64,000 bases of DNA, taken from contig NIVC01002003.1 in NCBI GenBank assembly GCA_002269645.1, positions 150,041-214,040 of the forward strand, given 5' to 3'. The number at the start of each line of letters is the position of its first letter. Position 1 is the stretch's first letter. Both the position numbers and the translations under genes were made by a program. This DNA comes from Macrostomum lignano (taxonomy: Eukaryota). The notes below the pieces were generated by a model. The model did no database searches, was not told the origin of the DNA, and saw only the letters and a list, made by a program, of their open reading frames with translations. Positions 60,501-64,000 of the stretch are shown piece by piece.

Positions 60501-63174
60501 CTTTTTGACATTCATAATGTTTAGATTATTTTTGTAAGCAACTGCGAGGCCTCTTCTACAGTGAGGTTTATCAAATCTAAGGATGGCGTAGTCTTGGACA
60601 AAGAAAGGGTTTGTGTCAACTAAGCCAGTTTCAGAGAAAAGTCCTATGTCTAAGTCCTCATTTTTTAGCCACGAGATTATCTCATAGATTTTGTTGCTGA
60701 GCCCGTTGCAGTTCAGGTGTCCAATAATGAGGGAGTCCCGCACAACAGAGTGACTTTTAGTCTTAGTCGTAGAAGTATTACGAGGAGAGTTGAATTAATA
60801 GAGCAGAGCTAAGCAGACTATAGAAAGAGAGTTCAGGTTTCACCTCCGTTCGCTTGCACGACTTTGGTGTCCCCTGACTCAGCAACAGGCCCTCTTTGAC
60901 ACCTGAACACCCTAACGACTTCAGACACCACCCGGAAGACGATTGCCCCGCCTCCCAGGATGTGAACATCCGTCCTTGTTCAATTTCATGAGTCGGTCGA
61001 GCGCCTGTAACACTACATCGAGCACATCTTCCCGAGAGAAAAAGCCCCTCTCACTTGGTCCTATTTGGTTAGTTGATTCAACTCCTGGATGCATCATGAC
61101 CGGATTGGCTGGAGCAGTTGTTGGCGGCTCAAATGTGTTGATTGCATCAGACAGAGCATTCTGGTTGGCTGAGGCGACTGAGGCGGCGGCGGCAGCATTG
61201 GCAGATGAGGCGGGGAATGATGCTCGTTGGGCTTCGGCAGCTTTGGCAGCTCGGTTAGAGAAGGCTATTGGCCCGAGAACCGGCTGCGGACGCATGGCAT
61301 CTGCGTAGGAGATTGGCCCAGGGACGCCGAAGGTTTCCCCAAGGGTCTGGCTGTTTTCTGGCTTATGGGCTCTCAGCTGTTGTTGTTGCTTTCGGATTCG
61401 GTCATGTTCTTTGGGTTGCCAATTCGTTAGCCTCTCGGACTTTAGAGCATTTGAATGAGAATGCCGGATGGTTTTCGCCGCAATTTGCACACTTGAAGAC
61501 TTGGTCTTTGGGGCAATCCATTGAGAAATGATTGCCAGCGCATTTGTTGCACCTATAGTTTGCTGTGCAGCGCGCCTCATGGTGACCGAGTCCTGAGCAC
61601 CGCTTGCACTGGATAGCTCTGACGGGCGGGAGACTATTAGATTCTTCGCATCTATATTTCACAAATCCTAGGTAGATACCCTGTTGGATGCAGCTATCTA
61701 CTACTCTTTGGCACTTGGTGAATAGCCTTACGAAGGGAGTCGGCTGGCCAGTCTGTTTGGAGATAATTCTAACTGCTCATCTATTGAGAGTTGCTGGTCA
61801 GAGTCATTTAGGTGCTTGGCTAGACCGCTTACGTCGACCGCTAGCGGAACGTTACGGACAATGAAGGAGAGAACGTTCGGAGATTTGAGGGGGGCTCGAA
61901 CCCTCGGCTGGTCATTAGCTTGGTGGACAGGTCTCTTAGCAGCAGTGCGCCTGGTGACTTCAAAGTCATTAATTGAGCTGATTTTCATTGGAGCTGTTAA
62001 GAGCGTATTGAAGTCCCTGGGATGCTCAGGGTGGACAATGTAGCCAGGTGAGTGGCACAGATCTTTAACTGATTTGATTCTTACGTTACGGAAATTAGTC
62101 TTTAGCAGCCACTCAAACTATATTGGATCATTTCCTTCCAGGGCGACTTCGAAGATGACTGGTGCAGATTTGGTCTGCCTGGACTGGCTATTGTTGGCGC
62201 TGGATTTAATGCTGGATTGGCTAGCCCTTCTGATTTTCTCTAGGTTGACTCGCTCTTCTTCAGCTTTTCTACGAATAGAGTCTTGGTCATCAAGGTCGCA
62301 AGAGATGACTTTGATCATCAGTGGGATTATCAGTGGGAGTGATGAGATCCTGCGACTGGCGAACGCAAGGGTTCAACGAGGGCGCTGGAGACTCGGAGAC
62401 CAGATTTTCAGAAGTCATTCGAAAGGTGAGATTAACGCGAATGTCTTTTACTTTAGGGTCTTTGTAGATGCTGTGCTCAAAATATTTCTGAGTTGCACCA
62501 CTCATTACCAACAAACTGCCAGACTCGAGAGGTTGCTTAAAACAATGTTTTTGGACTGCTTGGATCTAATGGCTAATTCTCTTGTAGCTCCCAGCGAAAT
62601 AGAGGCTATTGTCGGATTGGGGCCAAGTTCGGTCTCGTCATCAGCGTGCCAGGGGATGTTAACATGCCCCGATTCGTAAAAATTTACTAGGCCGGAGTTG
62701 AACAGTGGTAGCCCAAGTTCGACGTGGAGCCAGGTAACTAGCTTGGTTAACTCCGGGTACCAGGCCTCATTGGCTTCCAGACTACCACCGGAATAGGTGT
62801 ATGCGGGCCGTACCAGACAATTTTTTCTTTTTTTCTGGTCTACCATTAGTTAGATGGTGAAAGGCTTGCGGGAGGACATCTTTGATGATCAAGCAGTCAA
62901 GCAGTCAAGCATCTTTGAAAGCGTTAAGTCTGGCGCTAAAAGCCGCTGTCTCGCACGAGCCGACGCGCCGCGCACCGAGCCAAGCCACCGAGCCGCCGCC
63001 GCCACCAAGAAGTAGGACCAGTACGCAGTGCGTAGCCGCTGACGCCGGTGCAGATAAAGACCGATGTAGGACCTGCACGTAGTGCGATGCTGCTGTAGAG
63101 CGGAGAGCACCAGGAGATGTAGAGCAGGCAATGTAGAGCAGGCGGTGTTAAGCAAGCAAGTTGAGCAGGTACGG
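57512..63174 (-). mobile_element. LINE B (I/Jockey-like), 5.66 kb, flanked by 16-bp direct repeats; AlkB-ORF1 and APE-RT ORF2 with the RT core deleted
   Basis: ORF1 QCKRCSGLGHHEARC, CNKCAGNHFSMDC, CANCGENHPAFSFKC; APE HLNCNGL, SETG, VIGDFN, LDLGL; RT start WKMATVKMIPKP...YRPISLTSCLGKLYEK jumps to the thumb region FLGMVLDKQLNYKSHI; flanks at 57496-57511 and 63175-63190 differ at 1 of 16 positions. Confidence 0.9.
62395..62880 (-). pseudogene. AlkB-family dioxygenase domain in LINE B ORF1
   Basis: YTYSGG, FNSGLVNFYESG, PWHADDETELGPNPTIASISLGATR, LESGSLLVMSGATQ, FEHSI, IRVNLTFR (frameshifts present). Confidence 0.9.
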
Positions 63175-63190
63175 AATAAAGGAAAACAAC

Positions 63191-64000
63191 ATTCATTCAT
63201 TCATTGTTGAGTATTCGGGCTTAAATAGGCCCGGCGCTTCAGCCTTTTCGGCTTTTACGCCACAATGTATTTGTAGGTTATCGAGTTTTTATTGACATTC
63301 GATTTCAATATTTTGTTAAAAGTGCATAAAATAAAACAAATAAAACAGTGTATCAGATAATGTATAAAGTAGCAATCGAAGCAATAAAAAATCTGACTAA
63401 GGTGAATCGAAGATGAAGAGAACGAAGGCATTAGAACAAATCGAAAAAGGAAATTGTGAGGAGATGTAAAACAAATTAAAACAGTAGAGATGATTAAAAC
63501 ATGTACAGTTCAAAGTCGGAGAGAGACAGAAGATGAAGCAGAGCACAAAGAGGCGAGGGGTATAGGCAAAGTTGCGTCAGTGTTATTGTATATTGAATAT
63601 TTGGCATATTGGCATTAAATTTTGGAATAATGCATAAAATGAAATAATTGTTAGTTGTACAATAAAATTGTATACATGTATTGTCATGAATATTTTCTAA
63701 TGTAAAAAATTTTTTATCACAGATTTATTTGAGATTTCAATTTTTTTTTACAATTACATCAAGAGTTTGTTAGGTTTTAATCAATAATTGCTCTTGTTTG
63801 ACAATACTGCTCACAGTTGAACCTAAGCACAGCATGGGTGCCACATTAGACATTTCTCAGACGGGCCACTGCAGGCATCCTGAACCCTCTCCTATCCCAT
63901 TTCTTGGTGTCTAGGTCGAAGTTGTGTACTCCAGACATCTCGGTGTTTCTGTACAGCGCTTGGCTAGATTCCAAATGCGCTCTTTGATTCATCGGCATTT
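63191..64000 (-). mobile_element. LINE C: 3' end (ORF2 C-terminus, 3' UTR, (AATG)n tail) of a third related element
   Basis: MPMNQR...SGVHNFDLDTKKWDRRGFRMPAVARLRK aligns with LINE B MPMIKYR...SGIHKFKDDTKEWLRPGFRVPVTAALRK; same 3'-terminal motif as B. Confidence 0.8.

Noticed and set aside
56605-62880. AlkB segments as ordinary host ALKBH2/3 genes or processed pseudogenes
   Set aside because: Both are collinear with LINE ORF1 and share downstream ORF1 blocks, and they sit at the same position in two diverged elements.

Overview
Eukaryotic, transposon-dominated 64-kb window with spliceosomal GT-AG introns and no prokaryotic features. It looks like an invertebrate animal genome; that attribution is inference only. 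Two apparently intact host genes are present, both on the minus strand and both with a related PAN/apple-like N-terminal domain. One is joined to an F-type (fucose-binding) lectin domain (5306-6210) and the other to an ALK/LTK-type glycine-rich domain (21885-23668). The rest is nested mobile DNA and satellites: RTE LINE remnants (two inside a diverged inverted duplication), solo LTRs, an intron-containing hAT-like transposase pseudogene, an EnSpm/CMC-like element interrupted by a D34D mariner, and a Ty3/gypsy element with an extra BEN-domain-like ORF. The most striking part is the right end (55.1-64 kb), where three related but diverged I/Jockey-type LINEs lie head-to-tail. The two whose ORF1 is visible both carry an AlkB-family 2OG-Fe(II) dioxygenase domain ahead of the usual CCHC knuckles. 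Both visible junctions sit at the same 16-nt sequence, which suggests a site-specific, array-forming LINE lineage encoding its own nucleic-acid demethylase/repair enzyme. All copies here are mutated. All calls come from motif recognition by eye; no database search was run.
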